Positions 22,928 to 36,750 of a stretch of DNA of 64,000 nucleotides are shown piece after piece. Each line of letters begins with the position of its first letter. Position 1 is the stretch's first letter. The translations under genes and the position numbers were made by a program. The notes under the pieces were generated by a model that saw only the letters and a program-made list of their open reading frames with translations, ran no database searches and had not been told where the DNA came from. Source of the DNA: Octopus vulgaris (lineage: Eukaryota); NCBI GenBank assembly GCA_951406725.2, contig OX597814.1, positions 61,256,001-61,320,000 on the forward strand. Direction: 5' to 3'.

Positions 22928-25150
22928 TTGACTTTCATTTTTCTGTGTAGAATGTCATCCAGCTCCAAAATCCCTAAATATCTATACCCACTACCATCAG
23001 ATTCATCCATGGTCTATCCTGATGATAACCGCAATCCTCTGCAGGCTGCTCTCTTCTCTCATTTCATATTAAGTACTGAGCATTTGGTAATCCCAAATTC
23101 CATACCAATGTCCCTACCACACTTCTGGACTGTTTTGATTAAGGAATCTATCTGTTTTTCAGATTTCCCAAACAATTTCAGGTCACCCATAAACAGAAGA
23201 TGGTTCATGATGGGCCTTTCTTCCCACATCGGTAATGAATCTTAACTTTCCCAAGTGTCATTGTTATGGGCATTAGTGAAATTACAAATAGTAACGGAGA
23301 AAACGAGTCACCTTGGAAGATTCCCCTTTTAATATTAACTTCTCCAAGGAATACATTACTTGAGTACAATTTGGTTTTCCACTCTTTCATGCTATATATC
23401 AGAAAATTTGTGATGTTGTCAGCAACATCAAACATCTGCAGGCATTCAACGATCCAAGAAAGAGGCATCATATCATATGCCTTCTTAAAGTCAATCCAAG
23501 CCATGTTTGTATGATGTTTTTTACAATGCTTCAAAACTGTTTTATCAATGACCAGGTGATCCTTGGTACCCCGAGAACTCTTCCTACATCCTTCTAGTAC
23601 TCTTGGTAGTATTTCTTCCTGTGCCAGGAAAGTGTATGTCTTTGCCACACATATTCCAGTGAGTATCTTCCAGATTATATTTAGGCATGCTATGGGACAG
23701 TACTTTCCCACAGTATTTCCCTTTCTTCTGTCTTTCATTACAAGTGGTGTCCTCCCAGTCACCATACACACAGGGACTGTACCTTTCTGGACACACTCAT
23801 TCAATTGGGCTGCTAGTCTTTCATGCACCGCATGGCATCTCTTCAGCTAGAAGCCATGTATCCCGTCTGGTCTGGGTGCTTTCCAGTTAGGCACTTTACC
23901 CACTTGTTTCACATCACCCATGCTTATGACAATATTCCTTTGTTTCTTTCCTTTTATGCACCACATTGTTTCCCCATAATCTTCTCCAGAACTCCTTGGC
24001 TTGATTTACATCAGGAGCAACATTTTCCCCATTGTCTCCTAATGTTTGGAATAATTGCTTCGGATTATTTTCAAACAATCTGTTCTCCTCAAACTGCTTC
24101 TTTCTGTTCACAAACTTTCTGATCTTCTGGCTTTTTGCCATGATCCTCTGTTTTAACTACTTTATTACTGCATCAAACCCGTTCTTCCATATTTTATATT
24201 TCTTCTCTAATTTTTCTCAGTTTGTCTTTTTCCTATTATTCCAGTTTCCTCTTAACCATTGCTCAATCTGTCCTAGATCTTGCCTTGCCTGCATTATGTC
24301 CTTTTCAATGTGTCGTTTCCTCCATGGTTCTTTTGCTCCACCATTTTTTGCTTTCAGATGTAATGTCTCCTCAACAAGTAGTGCAATAGCTCGGAGAAGA
24401 TTCCTTGTTTGTGCTATGTCCTCCATCTGGATGTATGGTATGACAGTATTTATCTTTTGTGTTACTTTATTTATGATACTCTTATCTACACTTCTCATAT
24501 TCATAGGGATTTTTTCTTCTGGAGCATTCATCAAGTCGGTGAGTCGTCCGTCTTTGAATTTCAAGCAATTCAATATCTAGTTGGTTCTTTTCCCCTGCAT
24601 GTCGACCCACCACAATATCAGGGTTCACTGTATAACATTCCTGTTCCTCATCCTTAACAGCCCCATCACCATTCCCCTGTTCCTCCAGTCTACTCTTCTC
24701 CTTGCTTTCAACTCCGACCATCCTTTGTAGCCCATCTGCAGGGTCTCTCAGACTCTCACTAATCCGAGATATTTGTACTCCACTTAAGTAACCCTTCCTC
24801 CTAATCACTCATTTGGTTCATTAGTTTATTTTCTGACACTGGACACATGTCCCTTTCCATCCAAAATTTCAAGGTATATTGGCCTACTCCATGACTTCTT
24901 TCCAGCTTTCAATAAATGTATCATACTCTTCCTTTGTCCACTTATGTCTGTTTTTGTGCACACCGTGTATGTGATCTGCCATTGATGTGGGTGGTGTTGG
25001 ACATGCAATTTGGGAAACCTTCACAATGATCAGCTATAGCTTCATTCATGCCGTTAATTCTTTCCTTGTTGTGTTGCTTCATGATTTCATGAGTCATTCG
25101 AGGGGTTCCCGCGAAAGTTGTTATCTCTCTCTTCTTCTCTTTATTTGTAT
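22928..25150 (-). mobile_element. R4/Dong-like non-LTR retrotransposon, degenerate RT pseudogene
   Basis: RT motifs PIACLNIIWKILT, WIDFKKAYD, RGIFQGDSFSPLLF, NHLLFMGDLKL; N-terminal IRRKGYLS and EPWRKRH segments; frameshifts and stops. Confidence 0.85.
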
Positions 25151-25458
25151 ACACACATGCACATGTACATACACATATATATAAATAACATGCTTGAGGT
25201 GTGTTGCCTCCATAACCAAAGTGATTAGCATTACCAACATCATTCTACCTATAGCATTTAAAAATATCAATAATAATATAGGTCCCGGTATATTGCAGCA
25301 GATCTTCGTCACTATTTATTAAATACTTGGCAAGCGTTCTCCTTTCACTCCTTCTACAATGGTCTATACTAATCAGTCATCTGCCACCATTCTTTCTTTT
25401 CATATGCAGTCTGTTTACGTTTGCAGTTAACACTTATTATTACTATTATCACCACCAT

Positions 25459-25496
<38 letters not shown>

Positions 25497-25819
25497 TTTC
25501 CATTTCTTATTAAAAGCTATTATTAAATGTTGTTTAGTTTCAACTTTTGCCTTGTACATGAGATAATCATTAATATTTGAGTGTTGAAGGGAATAGTAGG
25601 AGGAAGAGTAGCAGTTTGGTCAATAGACCAAATGCTACAGGTCTGTAAATAGATTCCACAGATGGTGAGGAAGTCAATGGACATTCCTCTCTGATAAAGA
25701 GACAAAAGAAGCCTCACACCTTTTGGGTCAGCAGACCAGTGATCAATGAGAGCGCTGACCTTGGCCTTGAAAAGAAGCAATTCACCTTGTTCTATTATCA
25801 TGGAGCTGAATTGGGCCAC

Positions 25820-26150
25820 GCTGATTCACCAATGCAGTAATGTTCTGATTAGCTTCCAGAAAGCTGTAATGGACAGCACCAATTGCACCCCATAATCTTT
25901 TATGCAACTTTAGCTTTGGGAAATGTCTGGAGGACTCATCACGATCAAACCATTGACCTGATCATTTGCAGTTATCATAAAGGATCCACTTTTCGTCACA
26001 AGTAACTATTCAATCAAGAAAAGGATCATTGGTGTTTTAAACACCGAATGTTTTGATTTTCGATGAGCTCATTGTATGACACCAAGTGCATGAGACATTT
26101 CTCTGATGTGGGTTTTGTTCAACAATTGTTCATTGTAAAGACTGCATTTT
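25820..26150 (-). mobile_element. Mariner transposase relic
   Basis: Minus strand reads VTCDEKWILYDN, with stops around it. Confidence 0.65.
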
Positions 26151-26170
26151 AATATACTCTCTAGCCTTAA

Positions 26171-26780
26171 TCCTGGGGAAATTTCAAACCTGGGTATTTT
26201 TCAATGTTGTTGTTATTATTATTATTATTCAGGTCACTGAATTGAACTTGGAATCTTGGGGTTAGTAGCCTACGCTCTTAACCACTACGCCATATTCCCA
26301 TGGGCAATTACGGAGTGAATTTTAGTGCTTATAAATCTAATATTTTCCTATCCTTCTTTAATACCAGTTCCCATATGCTACTCATATCTGCACTCAGTCT
26401 GTTTAGGAGGTTATTATGTCCGAGCATATGTGCTGCTTCTTTTAGTTTTTGTATTTTCCAGTGGTGTTCCTTGTCTATTATTTTAACTTCAACCCACAGG
26501 GGTAGGTGGTATCCATTTTCTCTTACATGATCAGCTATACCCGATTTATCAATATCTCCTCGTGTCACAGCATTGCGATGTCCCTCATTTTGAAGGGGTG
26601 GCATGTTTCACCTTTGTATAACCTACCACAGCTGCATGGGATGGAGTACATACTGCCTTTGGTCACATTCTCTTCTATTGGTGGTTTTACTTGAAGGAGA
26701 TATATGTGAAGTGTTGTATTAGTCTTGAATACTGTCCTGATGTAATATAGGCTACATATCTTTTGTATCTTTTTGGAGAG
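26171..26780 (-). mobile_element. Penelope-like element 3' part: GIY-YIG endonuclease, then tRNA-like segment (26232-26299)
   Basis: MYSIPCSCGRLYKGETCHP, HRNAV..GDIDKSGIADHV..HLPLW..VKIIDKE..KLKEA..LNR; A box TGGCGTAGTGG and B-box-like GTTCAATTC after the stop. Confidence 0.85.
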
Positions 26781-26781
26781 G

Positions 26782-26955
26782 TCCACTGTGTGACAGCTTG
26801 GGCAACTGTCTTGCACTATGGCTCCAGACCAACCTGAGCCTTGTGAGAGGACTCCAACAGTGAATCTTAAAACATGAAGCTTTGTACTATATATATTAAC
26901 CTTGATAGCAGTTGATTTATTCCCATCCTTCTTAAAGTACCCTTCATTTGTTCCC
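26782..26955 (+). repeat. About 175-bp direct duplicate of 28029-28199
   Basis: Shares the SINE-head/unique-DNA junction, e.g. GACTCCAACAGTGAATCTTAAAACATGA and CTTGATAGCAGTTGATTTATTCCCATCCTTCTTAA. Confidence 0.9.
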
Positions 26956-26958
26956 CAA

Positions 26959-27004
26959 GACACCTGATGAAGGCTGGATAATATATCAGCTGAAACATTG
27001 TGTT
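26959..27004 (+). ncRNA. Minimal type I hammerhead ribozyme motif (Penelope pLTR type), probably decayed
   Basis: GACAC-CTGATGA-a-GGCTGG(loop)TCAGCT-GAAAC-ATT-GTGTT: core boxes, stem II and stem I (GACAC/GTGTT) present; stem III reads ACAT instead of palindromic ACGT. Confidence 0.7.
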
Positions 27005-27883
27005 AACAACAAACAAGATGAGGACAAATATCCATCAAATGTAAATAACGTACTTTTTTGTCATGTTCATATTTAAGGGCACCTATGCTTCAAGAAAATT
27101 ATTAAAGAGCATACATCAATTATTAAGTATGTTGAAATTCACCTATGATATAATTAAAATACTATGATAAAATTGTGTTTCAAAACACAACACTTAGAGC
27201 GGCCATTATTTACGGAACAACCTAATACCAGTGAGACACTGGGATCGATGTGATCAACTAGGCCCATCCCCAAAAATTTCAGGCCTTGTGCCTTTAGCAG
27301 AAAGGATTATTATTACTATTATTAAGGTAGTCAGCTGGCAGAATTGTTAGTATTCCAGACAAAACACTTATCAGCATTTCGCCCATCTTTACATTCTGAA
27401 TTCAAATTCTGATGAAGTCAACTTTATCTTTTATCCTTTGGGGATCAATAAAATATGTACCAGTTGATATAATTGACTAGTTTGCTCCAACAATATTTCA
27501 GGCCTTGTGTCAATAGTAGAAAGGATTATTATTGTTGTTGTTATTGTTGGTCAATATTTTATTTCAGATATATCATTTTATATCCAGTGATAGAAATGGG
27601 TTTTTGAAACTAAGGATAGGCTTAGGTCTGTGAGGCTGAGGTTTGGAAATACTATAAGTCTCCTCCCTTTCTCACCCCTAGTGAGCTGAAAAAGTAGGAA
27701 ATGTTGTCTCTTATGTACTCTTGCACTTCCATCACTGTTTCTATCCAAACATTTCTCTCTAATATTCCAAACTTATGAAATATTCAGTGATGAAATATTT
27801 TGTTAATGTCAACAACCCCTATTTTTAGGAATATCTAAATATTTGTTTATAAATTATTTGTACATACATACATACATACATAC

Positions 27884-27939
<56 letters not shown>

Positions 27940-29961
27940 TACATACACATATATAATATACATACATAGACACAGCCATGGCTGTGTAGAAAGAAGTTTG
28001 CTCCCCAACAACATGGTTCTGGGTTCAGTCCCACTGTGTGATGTCTTGGGCAACTGTCTTGTACTATGGCTCCAGACCAACCAAAGCCTTGTGAGTGGAC
28101 TCCAACAGTGAATCTTAAAACATGAGTCTTCCTACTGTAGGAAGGCTTGATAGCAGTTGATTTATTCCCATCCTTCTTAAGTACCCTTCATTTGTTCCCT
28201 TAATTACCATCAACTTCAATCCCACTACTGTTCCCTATGCTTACACTTCCAGTCCTTTTATAATTATCTTTCTTAAAAATAAAAAAAAAATAATAATTGC
28301 TTCTCAGTCTTATGTTATTTTCTTCAGATTTACATTTCATAGAGCAGATCATACTCTAGCTTGTGTTGGGATAGAATCTTCAGTGCTTATATTTCATGAT
28401 ACACTGCACTGCACAAATTATACACTCTCCACTGAGCAAGATTTTTTTAATGGAAATAAAAAATGTTTTTTGTTATAAACTAAAATAAAAATATTGGTTT
28501 CTATTTTTGGCACAAGGCCAGCAATTTTGAGGGAGAGAACAAGTCAATTACATCAACCTCAGAAATCAACTGGTACTTATTTTATCAAACCTGAAAGGAT
28601 AAAAGGAAAAGTCAACCTTGGCAGAATTTGAACTCAGAATGTTAAGATGAATGAAATACCACTAAGCCTTTTGCCCAACATGCTAATGATTCTGCCAGCT
28701 CACTACCCTAACTAAAGTAGAAATAGTAACCAGTGACTGGGCTATTCATAACCCCAATAATAGCACCAATGAACAGCTTATATACCAAACTACTCAATAC
28801 TGCTTGTGAAGAGTCAACAAAGGAGACTCTACAGAGTTTTTTATCTACTAAAAATTGTAGCCATTTCATTCCTTACTATCTTACAAAATGGAAATGATGA
28901 ACACTCATCAAAGATGACATACCAGTGTTCAGCCTTTTCCAAGTGACCTGCACAAATGGTTTGTTTCTAGTGATCAAATGTATGTGCCTTACATTAGTTC
29001 ACTCCCTCCATAAAATCGATGTTGCCTGAACAGTTGCACGGTGTACTACACATCAGGTGTTAAAGTGACTGCAGAGCAATGTGAGATGGAGTGTTTTGCT
29101 CAAGAACACAACTCACCACTCAGTCTAGGAACTGAAATCCTAACCACTTGGCCATGTTTCCTTTCAAATGGAAGCACACACTAGATAATGAATAGAAACA
29201 TATATCAGAAAAGATAAAAAGGAAAAAATAATTATTACAGTTGGAAAGCTTTTAATCATAGAACTGCATAATCAAAGCTATCCTGAATAATAGCAATAAC
29301 ATACTGAGTATGACTGTATATTAACAAACTACTCGAGACTACTTTACAGAATATGCTTTTAAATTAAAAATATATTCTATAATTAAATATATCTTCAGCC
29401 AAAAATTTTATCAGAGTTTTCAGTAAGAACTTGTTCTGTTCCAGATGTTACTATATTACACTAGTAAACAAGGATTTGGTATACATTCACTAAGTGCTTC
29501 CAAAATCTTGATTATTTTGGAAATTGACTGAAATAAACAGGCAATGTGTCTGTTTCTATGAATATGGTTTGCAAAAGGTTAAATAAGTCAGAAATATACA
29601 GAGTTTAACACGTTGGCAGTTCACTGTTGCTTGAGATAAGGAAACATCTTGAGCAGCAAATTAAGGAGGAATTTACTGGGCAGTCAACTGAACTATAAGA
29701 AATAGCAACTAAATATCCATCAAATTCACAGTCATCACCTTAAAAAGGAAGGGCATATTAAATAATGCCATCAATGGCATATTATGCCTGAAAAATAAGC
29801 TGGACATAGTGAAATCTAGGATCTGTCACCAAATCTAGAATCTGTTAGGGTTATCTTTTAAGATAATAGATAAACATACACATACATATATATGTGTGTG
29901 TGTGTGAATGTGTCTGTGCGTGAATGTATGTGCATATGTATATGTATGTATATATATATAC

Positions 29962-30340
29962 ATCTTTTATCTTTTACTAGTTTCAGTTATTGGACTGCAT
30001 CCACACTGAGGAACCACCTTGAAGGTTTAGTTAAACAAATCAACCCCATTTTTTAAAGCCTTGTATTTATTTTATCAGTGTCTTTTTGCTGAACTGCTAT
30101 GTTACAGGGATGTAAACAAACCAACATCAGTTGTCAGGTAGTTGCAAAGGACAAATACAAATGCAAAGACACACACACACACACACATACATGGCAGGCT
30201 GCTTTCAGTTTCTGACTACCAATCTACTCACAAGGCTTTACCTCAGGGCTATAGTAGAAGACACTTGTCTGAGGTGCCATGCAGTGGGACTAAACCAGAA
30301 ACCATGTAAAGCAAACTTCTTACCACACAGCCATGCTTGT
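29962..30340 (-). mobile_element. SINE family A
   Basis: Similarity to other copies. Confidence 0.8.
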
Positions 30341-31509
30341 GTGTATATATATGTATATCTAGCAACTAGAAGAACGTATATATATATATATATATATATA
30401 TATCAAAAAGAAAAATAATATAAATGAGATATATGTATGAGAGTGAGAGAGATGATCCTTTCTGTTGGTCTCACATTGGTGCATATATACTAATATTTAT
30501 TCCATTCAGCTATTTTTTACCCACAGCTGGATGAAAGCCTCAGCATGTCATTGTCAGCATATATAACATGTCCATGCAGGCCAATTGCAGGATGAGTGGA
30601 GTGTTTCTATGACTAGATGATATGCCAGAGCCATCAGCACCTAGGTGGAATTTGAACTCAGAAGGCAATGAGCTAGAACGGATACTCCAAGACATTTCAA
30701 CTAACTCAGTAATAATTCCACCTGTACACCACTCCGGACTGGTATTTTATTTACTGATCCTGAAAGAATGAAAAACAATGTTGACCTAAGCAGGACTTGA
30801 ACTTCCAACAGAGAGCCAGAATAAATGTCAACACCCTACTCTAACAACTGCCAATTCACAGCCTTAACGCAAATGTTATTTACATTAAGATCTTCACAGT
30901 TAATTCAAGCACTCTGCAACAGTTGTTGCTAACTTGTTTGTTGTTGCAAATGTAGTATTCAACAACAGCAGTTTGCAATGATAATGCAATGTTAGAAAAG
31001 CATTTGTTGCTGACTAATCATGCAGTATTCATGCTGATAGCTAAATATACAGTGCTAGACAATAAATGGTTGCTAACTAGCTAAGCAATGTAACAATAGA
31101 ATTCTTGCTAACTTGAATATGTAGTGTAACGTTATAGCCATTGCAAACCAATTTGTGTGCAGATATAGAGTAGCTAATGCTTACTAATTACAAAGCAAAT
31201 AGATCGATTGTAGCTAATTACTCAGAATAGCAGAACAACTGATGGCATCCATATATGGTAGACAAATGCAGCTCTTATTGTGAAAATGTCTTTCCTCACA
31301 GATGCCATGCATCATGCACAAATAACTGGATCGACTTATCCTCATTATTACCGCAAGTGGTCCCATTAATTTATTTGTGGTATAGCTTCTTGCACAATAA
31401 TTCTCTTCTCAGTGCAGTCCATCTCTGGAAACAATGTAAACTTGACAATGACAACACCAATCTGAATGTCAGCATTTGCCCAAGAGACAGCTTCTATTCA
31501 AACACACAC

Positions 31510-31546
<37 letters not shown>

Positions 31547-34500
31547 ACACACACACACATATATATATACATATATACATACACACACACATATATCCAT
31601 CACTTTTATATTAATCCTCCCCTCTCACCTGTTGACATTTATAAATCTCTCTCCCTGCCTTTCTCTTTCTCTCTCTCTCCCTATCTCTTCTTTTATTCTT
31701 TTCTGTATCACTCTTTGCCATACTTTTTACTGAAGTTAAATTCATCCCTCTTGATTATTGATTAAAACTCTTCCAAAGTTAGTTTTAAATTTTATTACTC
31801 ATCAGAAGATAATCAATAAGATACGTTTCAGATATTTGTATGACAAGTGGAGGACACAACCTAAATTATCACAAACTGATAAAAAAAAAATTCCTTGTTC
31901 CCAGATAAGTCTTGCAAATCCCATGAATAGAAAATCTCCAGATATTGTTTTGTTTTTCAAATTTTAGTTATGTTATTACTGATGATGCCAGAAGTACTGA
32001 TAACTACAGTGATAACCAACTTTGGCATTACCGAGCAGTACTGCATGCATGATTCTACATCACGAAAATCAATTACCATCTTTGTTGTTGAGGTCTCAGT
32101 GATAAAGTCAGTATTTTTGCCCTTCAAACCTGCTCTACATTCTTTGTAGTTGTCATTATGAGATGTAATAAAATTGTTTGTGTCTGAAAGAACAACGTAC
32201 ATAGAAGTTAGGCAAAACTAGAACAGCTTTTGCTGAAGGCATGTTAACCAAACACACCGACATTTTAGTCTTCAACCACATATGTCAATCATAACTGGTC
32301 AATTGTTTTATCAACTAAATGTACTCATGTGATAATGATTAATTTAGCATATGACCTCAACATCCAGGTCTCTGAAAATAGAGTCTTGGTCTTAGTCCCT
32401 CCTATACAATTGACCTGTATATTGGTCAGCAAGATATCTCCAATAATTCTAGTTTTGAGCTTAAATGCCTGCATCTTTCCAGGTGATGATAAGCTGCTTC
32501 AGGCCTTCTTTGAAGGAGGTATACCTTGTCTTCTTGAGTTTCTCTTTCTTCACCCCTCTGGTGGTACCCATTGTATAGCTAGCTGTTTTGGGTATTTATT
32601 CTCCTGGCAACCAGAAAACATGTCCTGCAAGTCCCCCTCTTGATTCTACCACAATCTCCTGCAGGAGATTGTATTCATCCTCTAAACCATCTTGTCCGTG
32701 ATTTTCCAAGTTTCTCATGCAAAAAACTGCCTAAACTCAAAGTGCAATTTTAATCAATACGAATAATCAGTTTTGAGATTTATAAAATAATTCACATATA
32801 ATCAGGTATAAATTAAGTTATCTCCAGCTCTCGTATATGAAACAACAGCTGAAAATTGGATGTATAAAAGACTTAATCCCTCGGCAGCTGCCTCTGCTGG
32901 TTACAGAGATCCTTCAACTACATATAGGTCAATGTAACGCATACAGGGAATGACAATGTAATTTATGTGGTAGAGGATGATTTAACATATACAGTACAGA
33001 TCAAAATCATACAAGAAAAGTTCTGTAATTATTCAAGATGAAAAATACATTTGTTCTAATGGTGTGAGCAATTATGGAAGTACCACTGACTTTTACAAAG
33101 CTCCTAAACTGATGTTGGAGAAGAAATAGATTTTCAAGTGCTGCTTTAGTAAGAAGCAGTACATCAAAATATTACATCATTTTCAGACTAGAAAACAATT
33201 CTGAATGTTTGCAACAGAGTGGACTATACTAAAAGCACTTCAAAAGGTAATGGACTGGATCTATCACTGAAATCATAGCAAAAAGCTATGAAAGAAATCT
33301 TAAACATTACGCATCAAGAGTTTCATCATAAAATGCATTAAAAATGCACTTAAATCAACAGGTCACATACTTCCCTATAAAATCCAAAATAACTGAAATA
33401 AATAAAATAAAATTAGGAGAAAGAGTGTAGCTAATTTGACTAACCCAATTATTTGACAGTGTATACTTTCATTATCCCAGAAAAATGAAATACAAAGTCC
33501 ACCCTGGAGAGATCTGAACTCAAAATGTAAAGTATTATAATTTGATAATGACAATATGGAGGTTTTTGAATTGGAAGCATACTGGGTGTATAAGCCACTA
33601 TTCATAGTATTGGGGCAAGATATGAATGTCAGAACATATCACTCTTCTCGAACAATATTCAAGGCCTTTCTTTGTGCAAAGAAAACATGTAAATAAAAAC
33701 ATATGCAGCATAGAGACACACATCACCAATACAAAAGCAATAATAAATCATTCTCAGGTCGAGAAAAAAGAGGTGTGGGGGATGTTAATACCATAAAACT
33801 ATGTCATTAATAGCAAATTGGTGAGACGTTAATCTCAGAGTAAATAATCATCATGCTTTTTATAATACTTTGAGCCTTGTTCTTAAGGATAGCCAAAGGC
33901 ATTAAAAGGGAGGTAGAAAGAGACATAGAGAGGATGGGGAATATATATATTTAATATATAAGAGGAGCAGTATGACTGAATGTTTAAGAAGTTTGCTTCA
34001 CAACCATGCGGTCCTAGGTTCAATCCAAGTGCATGGCACCTTGAACAAATATTTTCTTAAGCCTTGAGTTAGCCCATATGTTGAGTGGAATTGGGTACAC
34101 AGAAACTATAAGGAAGCTTGTTAGGAGGATTGTGTCTGTAATACTATAACATTGAATGTTTGCGACAGAATAGATGATGCTAAAAGCCTCTCAAAAGCCT
34201 TGTCATAAATACTGTGCGATGCTGGCCTTGCCTGAGAATTATGTTACAGATACACGTTTCAAAGGAATGCTCAGCCTCTTACGTGTTTACTCAGGAACAA
34301 ATCATTCAGTTGATTAGACAACTGAATCTTCGCCATTAAATGATACATGTGTATGTGTGCATGTGTAATTTGCATAGGTCTGCTCTATGAAGATCAGCCT
34401 TGAAAGAACAAACCTATGACCAAAAGATATTCCAGAAATGACCATCAACTTTATTATGCTTTCTTAGATACTGTTGCATGTACTTCCTATTTTGTCACAC

Positions 34501-34938
34501 ATGTCCTTCTCTTTTTTAAGGAAATAAGGTATGTTGAGAGAATTTGGCTGCAGGTTAAGTGACCATGTTGAGACTGTTGCTCATGTAACAGCTGCACTGA
34601 GCATAAAAAAGCAAATATTTAAAAGTTTTCTCATTGCTTCACAATCTGGCTGAAAATGTTATTTGAATCAGTAAAACAGTAATTGAGAATACTTGAAACA
34701 GATGTATTCCAAGAAAGACTTGGCATAACATATTTACATCAGGTACTAAAATATGTTCGTTTTAAAATAAAGGAAAAGAGCACTGTAGCAGAATGAAAAG
34801 ACACACTATTGTAAAGAACTCATACGGTTAATATCTACAGAGATAAATGTTATGTGAGAAAACTTTGATCATTTCTGTCCTTATTGTCTCATGACAGTGA
34901 TGTAATCAACCGAACATTTAGTGTAAACTGCTTTGCCT

Positions 34939-35089
34939 AATCATGTGTTAAGGTCATCTTTACAAATTTTCTATAGAAATTATAGCCAGCACTGATTTTG
35001 TTATGATGTTTTGTATCCAAGGCATAATAAAATCAGTGCTGGCTGTAATTTCTTTAGAAAACCTGTAGAGATGATCTTAACACATGATT
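34939..35089. repeat. 67-bp ungapped inverted repeat with 17-nt loop
   Basis: Arms 34939-35005 and 35023-35089, 60/67 Watson-Crick. Confidence 0.95.
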
Positions 35090-35918
35090 TAAGCGCACTG
35101 CTAACACAGAAGTACATGGTATTGACTTATAAAAATGTTTAATATACTTTGTAGCATGTTATGTTTGCATAACAAAATACCGTGTGCCTACAAGTCATTA
35201 ATCTTTGTCTAATGAAGCAAGAAAGGAGCTTCTTAGTGCTCACTCAGCCTACTGGAAACAGCAACTAAACAACACTCAAACATCTTAAAAGTGAAGGGTA
35301 TATTATAGCCTGGAAATACACAGTCTGGAAAAAAAAATGTCAAGATGACACCAATGGATCCTTGATTAATAGATACCTCTGATCAAGGGTTTGCTTGATT
35401 AAGAGCTAAACACCAATAAAACACCTTACTCATCTGGCAATTCAGATATTCCAGCTTTCATGGGACGTTATGCATGCTGCCATAAAAGCTAACACAAGAA
35501 CTTCAGTGTAGTCAATCAAGCTACTTCACATAGAAGCCAAAATTTCCTTAAATATCTTCATGACATTCTCCTGAAATATGAAACACATGGGAAAATATCT
35601 AAAGATAAATATATTGAGAATTGATGTTGTTTCACTCCGGCTCAACACAGATCCACTTGACCAGTGGTTCTCAAACTTACTTTGATACAAAATTCATTCT
35701 TTTATCTTTCACCTTTTACTTGTTTCAGTCATTAGACTGCGGCCATGCTGGGGCACCACCTTGAAGAATTTTTAGTTGAATGAATTGACTGCAGAACTTA
35801 TTTTTCTTTAAGCCTGGTACTTATTCTATTGATTCCTTTTGCTGAACTGCTATGTTACAGGGACATAAATAAACCAACACTTGTCAAGCGATGGTAGGGG
35901 ACAAATACAGAAACAATT

Positions 35919-36750
<832 letters not shown>

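Noticed and set aside
25121-25312. Hydrophobic ORF as signal-peptide exon
   Set aside because: Lies inside intron 2 next to an R4-like element and begins with GTG; 63444-63506 fits position and phase.
26232-26299. tRNA gene (also 54453-54525, 60601-60670)
   Set aside because: A/B boxes present but no proper acceptor stem; embedded in repeat bodies, so tRNA-derived heads.
31957-32202. 81-aa minus-strand ORF with a good acceptor at 32184
   Set aside because: The open frame needs phase 1 but exon 2 ends in phase 2 (stop after 8 codons); no recognisable domain.
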